From positions 5,022,001-5,086,000 of the forward strand of contig CM007989.1 in assembly GCA_002189035.1 (NCBI GenBank): DNA of 64,000 nucleotides. The letters run 5' to 3'. The position numbers were made by a program, and so were the translations under genes. This document shows positions 23,904 through 37,261 of the stretch, piece by piece. Each line of letters starts with the position of its first letter. Position 1 is the first letter of the stretch. The notes below the pieces were generated by a model. The model had not been told where the DNA came from. It searched no databases and saw only the letters and a program-made list of their open reading frames with translations. Source of the DNA: Utricularia gibba. Taxonomy: Eukaryota; Plantae; Magnoliophyta.

Positions 23904-25639
23904 CTATGGGTGACAAAATAATACTTTTTGTCTCCCTCGGATATTGTGCCTCTCTTAACTTAATCCACATATCTTTCAGTTCGATTCGTTGCTAATCCTC
24001 CTACTAGACTTAATTAAACATCAATAACACAAGGTAGGCTAAATCAAAGGACTTATCACTTTCTAACATAAACATGAAAAAAGCTAAACAATATATAAAA
24101 TATGAAAAGCCACACAAACATAATCTAAATCGCAAAACATGACAATTTTCAATTATAAAATGTTAAGAAAATGAGTATCATCAAGAAAGTACTCTTTTTT
24201 CCAAATATGCACCTCACTCGATATGTATGGATGTTCACTAATATTGGTTCCTAAATGAAGCTTCACAACCATTGAATGGGCAGCTTGATTGATACCCACC
24301 TTTGAATCAGTTTTTGATCTTCTACCCATCTTTCACAATCTACTTCAAAGTGAATGAGATCCTTCTCTCATTGTGCTTCCAAGTTCTCTTGATTTTTTTA
24401 CAATAGTCTTCAAATGGGTTTGGTATTTCTACAAGGACGAAACAGAGAGAAAAAGGAAGAGAGAGTAGGAAAGAGGTTGTGAAATCAGAGTAATATATTG
24501 GTGGGTGAAAATTGCGAATTGAGGAAAAAGTGAATTTTTTATATAGAGAAAGGTATATTCGTCACTTTATGCATAAATTCATCAAATATCCATTTTTTTT
24601 ATCCTCATGCAAAATGCATGCTGATAGACCCTCAACCCAAATAAATTATATTCACTAACCAAATAAGAATTATCTATTAAACCTATACTAAACCCCTAAC
24701 TACATATCAAACGCACCCAAAGAGAATTTCAATTTACCAAAATCAATTTTGAGAGTCAACCAAATAAAAATAATATTTGTAGATTGAAGTGAAAAGTTTT
24801 TTCTCAACTATAGTAAAGATGGATGATCAAGATCTTATTGTAACATAACTCAAATGACATTTACTTCACTTCAAATTCATAGTAAATCCCTTGGAAGACT
24901 ATTGAAAGGAAAAAAAAAAGTAATTGTAATATATGACTTCGGTTCTCGTGACCCATTAGGATTCAATGATTTGATGAAATTTTGAAGAATGTTTTCTTCT
25001 TTTTATGCAAAAAAAGAAAATTCAATCATTGTGGGGTTTTTTAATTACTATATTAATTCTATTTTTTAAACATAATAGAGCTAGGGTCATCCTGGTCCAT
25101 GTGGGATGCCATTATTACTAAAACCATATGTTTGCTGCTTTGAAGTGGGGAAGTATATATTACATTCCAGTGAAAAATGGACAAAAAAAAAATAGTGAGT
25201 GAAATCTCTCCATGTGCAACAACAAAGAAACAAAAGATCTCTTTAAAAAATATATAAAAGGTTGTGTTTGACAACAAATGATATATATTTTTTAAATATT
25301 ATTTTTATTCAGATGTATCGTAAACAAGCTATGAACAAGCAGCAAGGATACCCATATAGATGAAGGCCATGGATGAAGAAATTTTGAATGGAGAGAATTG
25401 GCTAATCTTCCTCCAAAGCGTGAAACATTGGTGTTAAGTGGATTTTCAAGATAAATAAAATAGTTGGAGGTTGAGAGATATAGGGGAAGATTGATCACTA
25501 AAAATAAAAACACAAATAAGCGTAGTATGATTGAGTTTTTTGAAAAGAACGTTTAAAGTATTTAAATACAACATGAGCAGTAAATAATGGACCATGATTA
25601 AGTAAAGGATTTTCTAGAAAAGAGAATCCTCTCTCTTCG

Positions 25640-26000
25640 TTGTCTCTCATCATCTCAACTTTCATTGATTTCTTTCGAATAATCGTTTATAAGAACAAGG
25701 AATAGTCTCTTCTTTCTTGCATTTTTTTACGAGGCATGAGAATAACCTCATATGATAACTCCCTAGACGAATGAGAGGTTAAGAGGATTGTCATCAATTA
25801 TTTGTAAAACCAAATTTTGCATATGTGTTTAGCTGTTGCCAATGACCAATGGCTTGGGTACGAGATCACTACTCATTCATTAATAAAGTATCTTGACCAC
25901 AGACAATTCGTTATCTTCCTCAAATCAATAGAGTTGGAGATGATACCTTCATCTTACTCTACTTATGAACCATACTTAATATATATTACAAAAAGATTGT
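25640..26000 (-). mobile_element. Highly decayed family B LTR fragment
   Basis: Reverse complement aligns with ~2680-2950 (e.g. ATGAGGTTATTC, CTATTCCTTG blocks); ends approximate. Confidence 0.7.
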
Positions 26001-26736
26001 AAAATTATATGTGAAAATATGCAAAATCCTTAAGAAATTTAATGAATAAATGAGAGTTTTGCTCAATACATTGAAGTAAACATCATCAATTCCCAAACGC
26101 TAAGGAGCGTTTAACTGTAAATGTTCATGACAAACAAAAACTGAAATAAAAACATGTAATAGCAGTTTGTATTAAAAAAATATGAAACTAAGATGACTTC
26201 TTTATTTAAGTACTTGATGAGATGTTATCCTGGGCAGGTAAAAGGAGCCCTCAAGCAGTGGCTATCAAGAGACTGCCCATCAGTATAATTGTTCATCACT
26301 GCAGCCACTCGTTCATGTCATTTTCGCCTTGCAAACAAGACAAATTCAACAAGTTCGAATTTCCGTATTTACCCTTTCTTCAACCCACTCTTTATGGTAA
26401 ATTGTCAAAAATCAAAATGATATCACTTTCCCAAAATAACCAAACCCCCTTTCGGACAAGGAAAATGCAACAGTCACCCCAAACTTTACCGCAATAATAA
26501 TTCTCATTATATTTCCATATATAAAAGCTTCTTTTTTTTTTTTTTTTACAGGTAAAGCATATGTAATGTACTGCAGTGCATGCATCGCGGTCGCTGGCAA
26601 GTAACCATTTCCCATGATTCTTGCTTTTGAATTCATCTTCCTCCATCAGATTTTTCTCCCAGAAAATTAAAAAGAGAAGAAATTGTACTACTGAACTGCC
26701 TTATCCCGGAGAAAGTGGAGATCACCGTTTGAATCT

Positions 26737-28904
26737 ATGGTTGTTACTTTCTTCCTCAACATGTTTTCCTCTATTTGGCCATTGATCAGAAAATGGCTAC
26801 TGTTTCATGAGATTCCCCTTCCCCATTTCTGGTGTCTGTTGAATGCATCCATGAACAGAATCCAGATGATTGCTCCCGAAAGAGAAGAAGAAAAAGAAGA
26901 AGAAGAAGAAGAAGAAGAGTTTGAAGATGTTGAGGAAGAGAAACAGTTCACGTTCAGGTTCAAATCTTTTCAAGAATTCAGTGCAGCTGCATACCAGGGA
27001 GCTGAATCATTGCAGGAGGAAAAGGAGGAAGATAGTTCGATGTTGTGTGAAGGGGATTTTGGAGAAGGATTGTTGATGGAGAAACTGGGACCAGAAATTG
27101 GGGACTCACAGCTGGAGAGGGTAAGACAAGAGCCCACCTCACAAAATCCAAACGAACACAACTCAGGCTTCCTATCTGAACAAGACTTCGATGATAAGCC
27201 AGACACAGGCCAAGGTCCCATTACAGAGCCAGACCAGCACATCAGTCTTGGGGAATCATCCCGGCCGAAACTGGAGTCTATGCCGGAGCACCAGCAGCTG
27301 ATTGATCAGCTCACATTGGAGCTGAGAAAGATCCGGCCCACGAGCTTGCCCACCATTCTGGAGGAACCGGAGTCTCCATTCAATGTCCAAACTCCGAAAA
27401 AAAAGCTCAAAATTGACGGTGGTACCGGAGACATTCACCAGTTCTACAATAGGTACACCGAAGCCATGCGCCAGCTTGACATACTGAATTACCAAAAGAT
27501 GTATGCCATGGGTTAGTTTTCTTGGTTCTTGCCTCGCGCTTCTGTCTCTGTTCATCTAATATCAAAAAGGGGGAAATAGTCATTAAGGAAGATAGCCAGC
27601 ATTCGTGACTACATCCAGAAAGCTTAGCAGATCTGTGTTGGTTAGGTGCATCTGTCTGTCACCGTTGCATTTACATTATCTATGTAAGTAGTCTGTGGGT
27701 TGGAGGGAGCGTTCTCTCTGCTGGTTTGCAATGAAACAGGATTCATTGCAAGCTGAAACATCATTTTTGAAATGCAGGTTTTCTCCAGCTCAAGGACCAT
27801 TTTGAATCCGCACCAAACCGAAAGGCGTCTGCTCCCGCATTAAAATCCATAGTCTCCCACAGTCTCTGGTTGTTCAAACACAGAAGCCATGGAAGTAAAC
27901 CTCTGAGTAAACTCATCAATGAACTGCAGGGTGATCTCGAGGTTGTATATGTTGGCCAGACATGTAACACATGGGAGTTTCTGCATTGGCAGTACATGAA
28001 AGCTCTGAACTTATGGAGCACAGACCCCCAGGGAATCCACCACTACAATCAGGTATTACAGCTCAAACATATTTTATTTCGTCCCTTCTAGAATGTGCAA
28101 AAAACCATTAAAGCTACTGCAGGTAGCAGGGGAATTTCAACAGTTTCGAGTACTCATCCAAAGGTTCATCGAGGAGGAGCCATTTCAAGGCCCCAGAGTT
28201 GAATGCTATGTGAAAAACAGATGCGTTCACCGCAGCCTTCTTCAGGTTCCAGTTATTCGAGGTAGGAAACTCCCAATGCAATCAACACTAAAACTAGCAA
28301 ACACTAGTGCACTAACTCGAAACAATCCATGCTTCCTGACAGAGGATCACGTGAATGAAAGAAACCGATCCAAACATGACAAAGACGAGAATGGAATCAC
28401 TGCCAGAACCCTGGTGGAGGTCATCGAGGAATGCATAAGAACCTTTTGGCGTTTTGTTCAGTGCGAAAAAGAAGCCAACAAACAAGTAGCGAATCTTCAC
28501 GACCCCCAAGACCTCAAACTCTTCATTGAAATCAGAAAAAATCTCTACAAGGTGAGAAGGTGCAATCTTTTAAACGCGAAACAAATATCAAACGTTGAAG
28601 TTGGATGTTTTATCTATCTCCCCCTCTCGGGAGTGCAGAAGGAGAGAAGAGCACGAACTGGAAAATGCACGATAATGAGGAAGCTGGAGCGAGCAGGGGA
28701 AGGGATTGGGATGAAGCAGTTCGGTTTCTGTGGCAAGTAGATCTGAAATTGGTGGGCAGGGCCCTGAGAATGGCGAGGATAACAAGGGAGCAGCTTGTTT
28801 GGTGCAGGAACAAGGTGAGCAGAATTGGGTCCTTGGGCAGCAGGAGTAGGAGTGGCGATGCTTTGTTCCTTGAGCCTTGTTTGTTGCTCTTCCCATCCAA
28901 TTAG
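26737..28904 (+). CDS. DUF1666 family protein, 5 exons, apparent frameshift in last exon
   Basis: Exons 26737-27511, 27778-28052, 28123-28261, 28343-28551, 28639-28904 with GT-AG introns in compatible phases. Motifs LDILNYQKMYAMGFLQLKD, DLEVVYVGQ..WEFLHWQY, YNQVAGEFQQF, QVDLKLV, EP.LLLFP. Acidic poly-E tract encoded by (GAA)n near 26882-26918. Confidence 0.9.
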
Positions 28905-29268
28905 TTTCGCGTCTGTGCTGGTGAACAATCAACAAGCCATGTGGAAAGAAACGCCGCGGTTTGGGTGGTTATTATTAGTTAATATAAGTAAAGAATATTT
29001 CTTAAAAATAGTATTTAATTAACACTAAATATATAGCTTTAAACAAAAATATCTCTCTTTTACCTTTATTAAAAATCATTTTTTATTTAAAATAAAGATG
29101 ACTTTATATACAATCTTTTATCAAGCAATATTTATTAAAACTAAGACCTTATCAAAATCATCGCTCATTCGTTGTCGTAGATATGATGACATTGAATTGG
29201 GAAAAAAACACAAAATATATCTACAAAATAAATTGTGGAAAAATCTGGGATGAGACAACCAAAATTTG

Positions 29269-29276
29269 TGTCAAGA

Positions 29277-29308
<32 letters not shown>

Positions 29309-29348
29309 TACCTGAAACTGGCGCCTTAGACCGCTCGGCCATCTTGAC
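29269..29348 (-). tRNA. trnL-CAG: tRNA-Leu, anticodon CAG
   Basis: GTCAAGATGGCCGAGCGGTCTAAGGCGCCAGTTTCAGGTACTGG...GGTTCAAATCCCACTCTTGACA: acceptor stem, A/B boxes, long variable arm, CCAGT-TTCAGGT-ACTGG anticodon arm; TTTT a few nt downstream. Confidence 0.97.
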
Positions 29349-31989
29349 CTTTTGGCGAGTCTTGTATTTTGTTTTTTAATTTACTTTGAAAAAAAAGAAT
29401 ATAAAAAGGAATAGTTCTTTGGGCGGAATGCCTTCGGCAAAAAGTGCATTTGCCAAAAAACCTTTTTCTAAGAGTGTTCACTGAATAACCCGTATTTCAA
29501 TTTGTAATTACTTTTATTATACATGTATGAAATAATTGCATATATTTCGCTATACATCGATAATAAGATATTTTCACAATAATGAATATTATTAATTAAA
29601 TTATATTCAAAACATAAAAATATCCAATAACAAAAATTTTGTATGATCACTTATTATGCATATTTTAATAAAATTAAAATGACACGATTTTATAAAAAAA
29701 ATACTTTTTCATATTTTTATAAAATTAAATTAATAAATTTTCATTATAAATATTCATTAAAGTTTTTTTAAAAAAATCGAATATAAGATAACTATGTATC
29801 CGCATACAATGTTGACACATTCACGTTCATTTTTGTTTGAGGAAAAAAATTTTCCTCTCTAGTAAAATAAGAACTCCCACATTGAGTCTCCTTATAGTTC
29901 TATGATTACTAGTTGAGCTTATCAAACAATCAAGGAAACCAAACAAGTACAAGAGTGTAGGAGTAGCCCATTATGAAAATTTAATTTACTGGCATTAAGT
30001 TTTAGAGAAATTTTAGATTTGTAAAAAATTCATTTTTTACACAATGTTCTAGATTCCAGATTCTTATTGTTCCTATTTCTTTTGAATGTTACTATGGATT
30101 TAAAAAAAAAATTCTTGGATTTGATATTTAAAATCTGTAAAGAAAAAAAATATTATAAAGATACTTCTAAAATTAATAAACATTATATATTATTTTAACA
30201 ATATGCAAATAAAGGAAAAAGTATTTTGAATCAAGTTATTCAAAATATACTTTTATAATTGTACTAAAAAAAGTAATTTGAAAATAGAAAATATTAAATG
30301 AAGATATTATTTTAAAAACTATGCATATAGTCATATTTGATATCATATGTTAACTTATTTTAATTTATCAAATGTATATTTATTTTTTATTAATTTATCT
30401 CATCAAAACATGGATATTTAGCAAATATATAAATGAAAATGAGGTATTCATCAAAAAGTATTAAAGGTAGTGATATTTATAGAACCCTTTTTTTCAAAGA
30501 GTTTATTTGCAAAATATTTATTTCTTTACTTCATATTTTGAATGCTACATTTAATAACAAACAGGGCCTAACATTTTTCAGATGCCAATTAGAATAACAA
30601 GTAGCGCTCAACATATTCTATGCGCTACATCGAACAAGAAGTCATGCTCAAGACAGTTGTTTCGAAATTTTTTTTTATCTTTGCATTTATATCAATACTT
30701 ATATTTACTGTTTTAAAAAAATTTTAAAAAATAATGATAAACATCAAATTATTTGTATTTATCACAATAGATGTCTGATGATTATTCTAATATAATATCA
30801 TAGTAAATCAATACCAAAAAAATACAGAAATGTTTATTGAAAATCAATATACAAATACATAGATAAAATAATATATGAAATATATATTTTTCCCAATGTA
30901 TACATATATTCATAGTTATTGTTTTATTAACATTTTAAGAATCAATGATAATAATATAATATCAAATTTTATTACATTGAATACTTATACATATATTCAT
31001 ATTTATTTTTTTATTAGTAATTTCAAAAACAATGATAAATATCATATTATTTATATTTAAATTATATAATATTAAAAAAATTATAATAAATGAGATATAT
31101 TATATTATGTAATTTAAATATATAAAATAAATATCGACATAATTATTTGATAATTATTTTATATATACTTTCATAATAAATCAATACAAAAAATGCATAA
31201 ATATTTATTCAAAATCATTATATCAAATGATTTCAACTCATATTTCTTGAATCAAAAATATTTTTCATGGATCTTTTTAGAATAACAATTAGTATCCAAC
31301 ATATTCTAAACGCTACTTCTTGTTTGAAACAATGCTGACACAAGGTGTTACTAGTAAATACATATTGTATAACTTTTCAAAAATATGTCTAATCCAATAA
31401 AGTGATAGAGTGTCTATTTATAATGAAAAGAATGACAATTGGAGTGTTATTTCAGAAAATATTTCCATAGTGAATATATTTTTAAATAGAGTGTATTTTA
31501 ATATTTTCAATTTCCATTAATGAAAGAAAATCCAACATGTTGATATGATTTTACTAATGAGTACATATTGTATGACTACTAAAAAGTCTACAATAAAAGC
31601 AAGTATTATAGGATTGATTCTATAGTGGAGACATCATCAACAAGTTTCTTCTAGACAAATTTCCTCTATAAATATATTTTATTTTATATTGCTTATTAGA
31701 ATTTTTCATTTGGATCATTGGATAGATTTTTCTAATAATTGAAATAGAAAGCCCTTTAATATAATAATCTAGTACAATAATATTACATATATTTATATTT
31801 TAAAGATTCATAAAACTCCCAATGCTCATGTTCTTCTGCATTTTCATGTAGCTACGTACATCATCTCCTTCATATAATCTTTCCAAAATTAATCAAATGT
31901 ATCCATCAATATGTAGTGCATTGTCCCTTTGCAAAATAGTGTAAGTAAAGGGAAACATTGCATTGTTTACTTGTTGAAAACAATTAAAA

Positions 31990-33400
31990 AAGTTAGCACA
32001 AATGGATTCCACAGTAGTTATACAAGGATAAGTAGGTTACCGGATTTACAAGTGACTTTTCTGGTGAATCATTGAGCAACATTGTATTACTAGTACTATT
32101 ACATTAGTTGAAGGTTATCTTATTATCCCTAATACGTTGCAAATCCTTAAGTTAATAGTACTGAAACTTCCATCAATGCATATTCTTATTTCAATGCACT
32201 TACTTATATCCCAATAAAACCCTAGATCTCTATGATGGGACCTGTAAGGATGAAGTCAACTATTTTACATATAAGTCTACTACAAATAAAAAATAGCTAT
32301 TAATACTTAAAACATATTAATAAATTATTATTCTCTAAACTTACTCTTTTTGTGAGAACCAAATGGCCACATCAACCATTTCAATGCCCCAAGCTATAAA
32401 TTCGCCACAACTTGACCATAATCAAAAAACGAATCTCGTTAGTGAACAAGTAGTTAAGGTGACAAAATTGTACTACTTGCTCTCTGTTCGATGATGCAAT
32501 TATGCTTTCCTACTACATGTCCTTTGTTCATATACACAATATCTATTAGTAGACCATTAATATCTAAAATAATTAATTTACTAAGAGTTAAAGCATCAAC
32601 TTCCTGAAAATTGAACATTGGATATTTTGCTTCGTATTGATAGGTGGTTTTCCTCAGTTGGTCGACTTTCTTTTTGGCCTCCTTAAGCTCTAAACACAAT
32701 TGCACAACATCGTTATCTTTCATTTGTTGTAGTGTAGATGAATCGATAATCTTCTCCTTGTATATTTCATGATCTGTATGTTGTCCTTCTACCTATTCTT
32801 CTTCTAGATGATTTTGCACTGTTCTTATCAAGGAGTGTCATATGAAATGTATATTGCACTTCTAACATTCCAAATTGGTAGTTCAATATTTCTCTATTTC
32901 ATGTCTTTAGCAATGCTCCAAGATATCGTTTGTCTTCTTTATCCAATAGTTGGATACTTTAGAATATAAAAAACTATTAGTTGAAAACATAACAAATGTT
33001 AAGAAAATCAAAATAATCTTACAAAGAAAATATTTTTTACCAGTTGGTTTTCCAACATTTGATTAAATCGAAAGTTGTCTAGACATTTTCATCCTTATAT
33101 TTTCTAGTAGAGTAACCCATACTAAACTAGTTCACCATTTTCTATAAGAGTCTCGTAAACCTGTTACGATTTTAATTCCTACTTTTGATGATATTATGAA
33201 ATGATTTGTCTAAGCAACTTTGGAGCATTTTGCAATGCTGAACAATGCACCGACACTAAGTCAATATCTATCATCTTCACATAACCTCATAAATGTAATG
33301 AGGTTGCCGATGGAAGTCGGTGTTAAATGAGATAGTGGAAGATGCACTGAATGAATGACGGACTCGACAAATGGTTGGATAGGCATTCTTAACCCACATA
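31990..33400 (-). pseudogene. Decayed gene with Transposase_28-like motif, coiled coil and FCP1/NIF-like HAD domain
   Basis: GLRMPIQPFVESVIHSVHLPLSHLTPTSIGNLITFMRLC (~33395-33275); VVQLCLELKEAKKKVDQLRK and KLIILDINGLLIDIV (ORF 32454-32723); DVAIWFS, FYWDISKC, NTMLLNDSPEKSLVNP further on; stops and frameshifts present. Confidence 0.7.
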
Positions 33401-34960
33401 AAAAATACTATGTGCTAACTACAAAACGTGAGTGCTAACATGCGGTGGTTCATTTGAAATTCATTCATCTTCTTTCTCAGAGATTACAAAATTTTTGGCC
33501 ACTAAGTATCTTTGTCTGATCTTGTCTCTAAAAGCCACCAATCGTGTGGATATTAGTGGAATTAGAAAAAATATAGCATGTAGAGAATATGAAAAATAAA
33601 GAGATCTCACATGCCTTGAATAAATTGGTTGGATTTGAAATTTTGTACAAGAAGAAGAAGATTTATCTCAAGACAAACAATTTCTCTTAAAAAAAATTCA
33701 CATACACTGGAAAGAAGAAGATGGACATTTTGAAAGTTAAAGTATATTTTTGTGTTCAGTATTATGTATAGTTTTTCTTTTCTTTTTATTGTTCTTTCTT
33801 TCTTCTTCTGTTTCTTTTGTTTTTGTTTTGCTGCTGCGTTTTTTCTCTTTTTATGTATTTAGCTCCACCAAAGGGCCATCCAACCTTGAGATCATATCAA
33901 ATAGCCTTGTCTCCACTAGATTCGAAGATTGAGTGAACATTTCTGACGAAAATGTGAGAATAAACTTCTAGTTCATCTATTAATAGTGAAATGGCCGCTC
34001 AACCTAATGTATCATTAGTACCACAATCATCGTACTCATGATTTTTTTCGCCAACACAAATATAGATTAAATAATATTCATGCTAATTTCTAGAACACAT
34101 ATATTAATAAATTTCTTTTTTTAATATCACCATACCTTCATTCATTTCCTATTCAATACAGCAAATATTTAAATGAACGTTAAAACCTTCTGTAGGGACT
34201 TGCTTTTGGAACACGTTCCATTAAAATGTTTAATCCTATTTGTGCATAACTTAGATTGAAAGTGTATAACAAATCTAATTCTGTTGCAATTTCCAAAACT
34301 TGAGTACACATAGAAGAGTCAAAAAACTAAATTATTATTCAGATTTCAAATCGTGTTGGGTATATGACACAAACTAACTACAATTCTTCTTGCAGAGAAT
34401 TGAATGAAATACAACTCTCGAAACTTTGACTGGATATTAGTGGCATATCATATGCCCTATAATTATTCAAATATTTAATGATGTTACCTTCATAAAATAT
34501 CTTGGCAATGATACTGCTTGAATTCATCTCCTTACTTGCAAAGATCACAACACTTTCATACTTGCTTATAAATGAAATGCTTGTTTTAAATGGAGGAAGA
34601 AGCTCTATGAGAATACACTATATATTTATTAGCAAGTTCAAATTCTATAACAAGATAGTGTTAGCAAATCATGAAATCAAGATTGATAGATCTCTATCAA
34701 GTGTATGATTTGAATTAGATCGTACATTCTATATTGGATTTTACTTTACCTTAATATCATATCATGTTTGTAACTTAAATGATAAAAGAAGCAGTACGAT
34801 GATGCTTGACCTGATTTGCTCAATCTTTGAAGTATCTCCATCTTCAGAAACCTGAACTTGTTTCTGAAGAACCACTTGACATATCTTCTTGGAAAGATTG
34901 TGATGAAGACATTGAGAAAACTTGGTTCAATAGATTGAAAGTTTGGCTATGTATATATAA

Positions 34961-35100
34961 GCACCCACTTTAGTTCACGAGCATCCACTTTAGTTCATGC
35001 GCATCTACTTTAGTTCACGAGCATCCACTTTAGTTTACGCGTATCCACTTTAGTTCACGTGCATTTACATTACTTCATGAGCATCCATTTTAGTTCACAA
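34961..35100. repeat. Tandem array, 7 x 20 bp
   Basis: Unit GCATCCACTTTAGTTCACGA with scattered substitutions. Confidence 0.92.
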
Positions 35101-35239
35101 AAATTACTTTAAGTCATAAGAATCAATTTAAATAAAAGTACTGTCATAATAAAAATCAAATTTAAAGTAATGTCATCAGAATAACCATACTAATGTCACG
35201 TAAACAACAGAAAGTAACATAATAGAGTAGCATACCCAC

Positions 35240-36298
35240 CTACTTATGCGGGGAACTAGCAGTAGACCTCAAGTCAGTAGACATGGTCCCATGTGAAGAA
35301 CTAGTAGTCGTGCAATGATCGTTAAGCCATGCTACTCGGTCTTCATCACGATCAAGTGCTAGAAATATCTCTCGATTAACCGTTCTAGTAAACAGACGGA
35401 GAGCCATACACCAACATGCATCACCCCGATTGATTCCTGCAGTTCGTTGCAAAAGCTCAACACATTTAGCAACGCTGAAGTCTATCTTCAAGTTCTTCCG
35501 ACAGGTATTGTTCTCAGCGATCTCCTTCATTGATTTAGCAATTATATCACTGTTGGTAGAATGATGACCTATGCGTTTTTTTGATGAAGAATTTTCACCC
35601 TCATTCGATACCGGAATTGAACCTTGTCCAGAAGGAGGTGTACCAAATTCATCAATAGGAGTGAAATCCCAAATCAAACCTATGTCCTCAATCGGTTAGG
35701 AATCATGATTTTCATCAAAGTCTTGAGGAAGAAAACCAGAATTTGGTGTATAACTATGCTCCCCGTATGCAATGATACCATCAAAAAGTTTTTCTTGAAT
35801 CTCAAGGTGTGGTGATGGTCCATCATGGTATTTCTTCGCATCTGGATTCTCCTAAACACAGAAAAAAAACATCAAATAATGAATCAATCAAAATAATGAA
35901 GTATATACCAATAAATACTAGCATATAAATATAATCGTAAAATATACCGCAATTCTTTCATTCCACCACTCTTCTTCAGCCAAAATTGTATTTTTTTCAC
36001 GATCCCAGCTAGTACCTGCCCAATTCTTTAAACGATTCCACAATGTCCATAAACCTCACAGTTCTATCCATTTGTTCTTTATTTGCTTCATTATGTACTC
36101 ATCACCTGTCTTATCATTCAAATTTTTCAAGATATTGTTCCATCCTTGCTTGTTAAAAGAAGTTGTTGGTCTATTTCTTGCCTCGGTTTCAGTTAAACAA
36201 ATCTGCAAAAATAAGAGAAGCCATCCAAATATCTTGTCCCATTTTACACTTGGTTTATTGATGAGTAATTTCGCTCTACCAATAGAATTATCCATCAA
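35240..36298 (-). pseudogene. Myb/SANT-like DNA-binding gene of PIF/Harbinger type, copy 1
   Basis: RPTTSFNKQGWNNI...KQIKNKW..L*GLWTLW...WD...TILAEEEWW; GT-AG intron ~35853-35948; C-terminal SVAKCVELL..ALRLF...NREIFLAL; internal stop and frameshift. Confidence 0.8.
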
Positions 36299-37261
36299 AA
36301 TTAGTAGTCGGTGTTAATTTGGTTTTTGTACCGGTCAAGTAAGATTGAATAAATATAAATTGCTATAATTCAAATATGAAGTAATCAAAATGCATTTATA
36401 ATTCATTTAAATTTAACAAACAAGAATAAAATGGAACAAATAAACTATAACATGCAATTAATTGTGATGTTGTGCACATCTGTGTTGATCAATAAAGTGA
36501 AGAATAAAGTGAACACATTCTTTAAGTGATGGATGTACTTTTGAGCATTCTCTAAAACAAATCCCACACAACACATGTATTTCCTTCCTTCATGTATCCC
36601 CCAATTATGGCGTTTCAAGTTACTACATTCCTTTGAGGCATAACGTCGAAGACCTTCCTCAAGCTCACAACATCCTCACATTTACCATAGATATCAACCA
36701 AATAAATACCCACTATTACATGACTTCCTCACACTATTTAGTAACCCATTCATATTTCAGATATGAAAAGTAGAGAAAACTCACAGATTGAAATCAGGCA
36801 TTTTGCATTTAGACTGATGAAAGACTGAAAAATAAAGAGGAAAAATTATTAACCAAATTACTAACCGCTTGGAAACTGTTAGGAGCACTAATTTCGTGCT
36901 GAAACTTCAAGCGTCCATGAAATTAGAAGATGAACCTGCGCTTCCTAGGGTTTGTTGCTGAAATCCCCTTTCATTCGTTATCGATTTTAGAAGGGTATTC
37001 TAGGGAATAAAACATGAGAAGTAAAAGTGAAGAGAAGAAGTAGCCCATGTGCTACTTCTCATTTATTAAACAAAGGAGTAGTAGAAATAGACTTGATGGA
37101 GAAAAGATAAGTAGAATAACATGTTATTCTGTAAATAATTTTACGTCTACTTTTTTTTTAAAAAAAGTAGAATTTATATGATGAGAAGTTGTGTCGAACA
37201 TGCACTTAGATGTTGTATCACTCATTTGCCGCGGTACATTAAGCAGCAGGTTATGTATTTC

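Noticed and set aside
30555-30572. AAACAGGGCC-TAA, like a Tourist right TIR plus TSD
   Set aside because: No left TIR found upstream.
31320-31347. Helitron-like 3' end (ACAC-AAG-GTGT then CTAG-T)
   Set aside because: Hairpin too short and too close to CTAG; no 5' end or helicase remnant.
34961-35100. CRISPR-like regular repeat
   Set aside because: Direct tandem units with no spacers, eukaryotic context, no cas genes.
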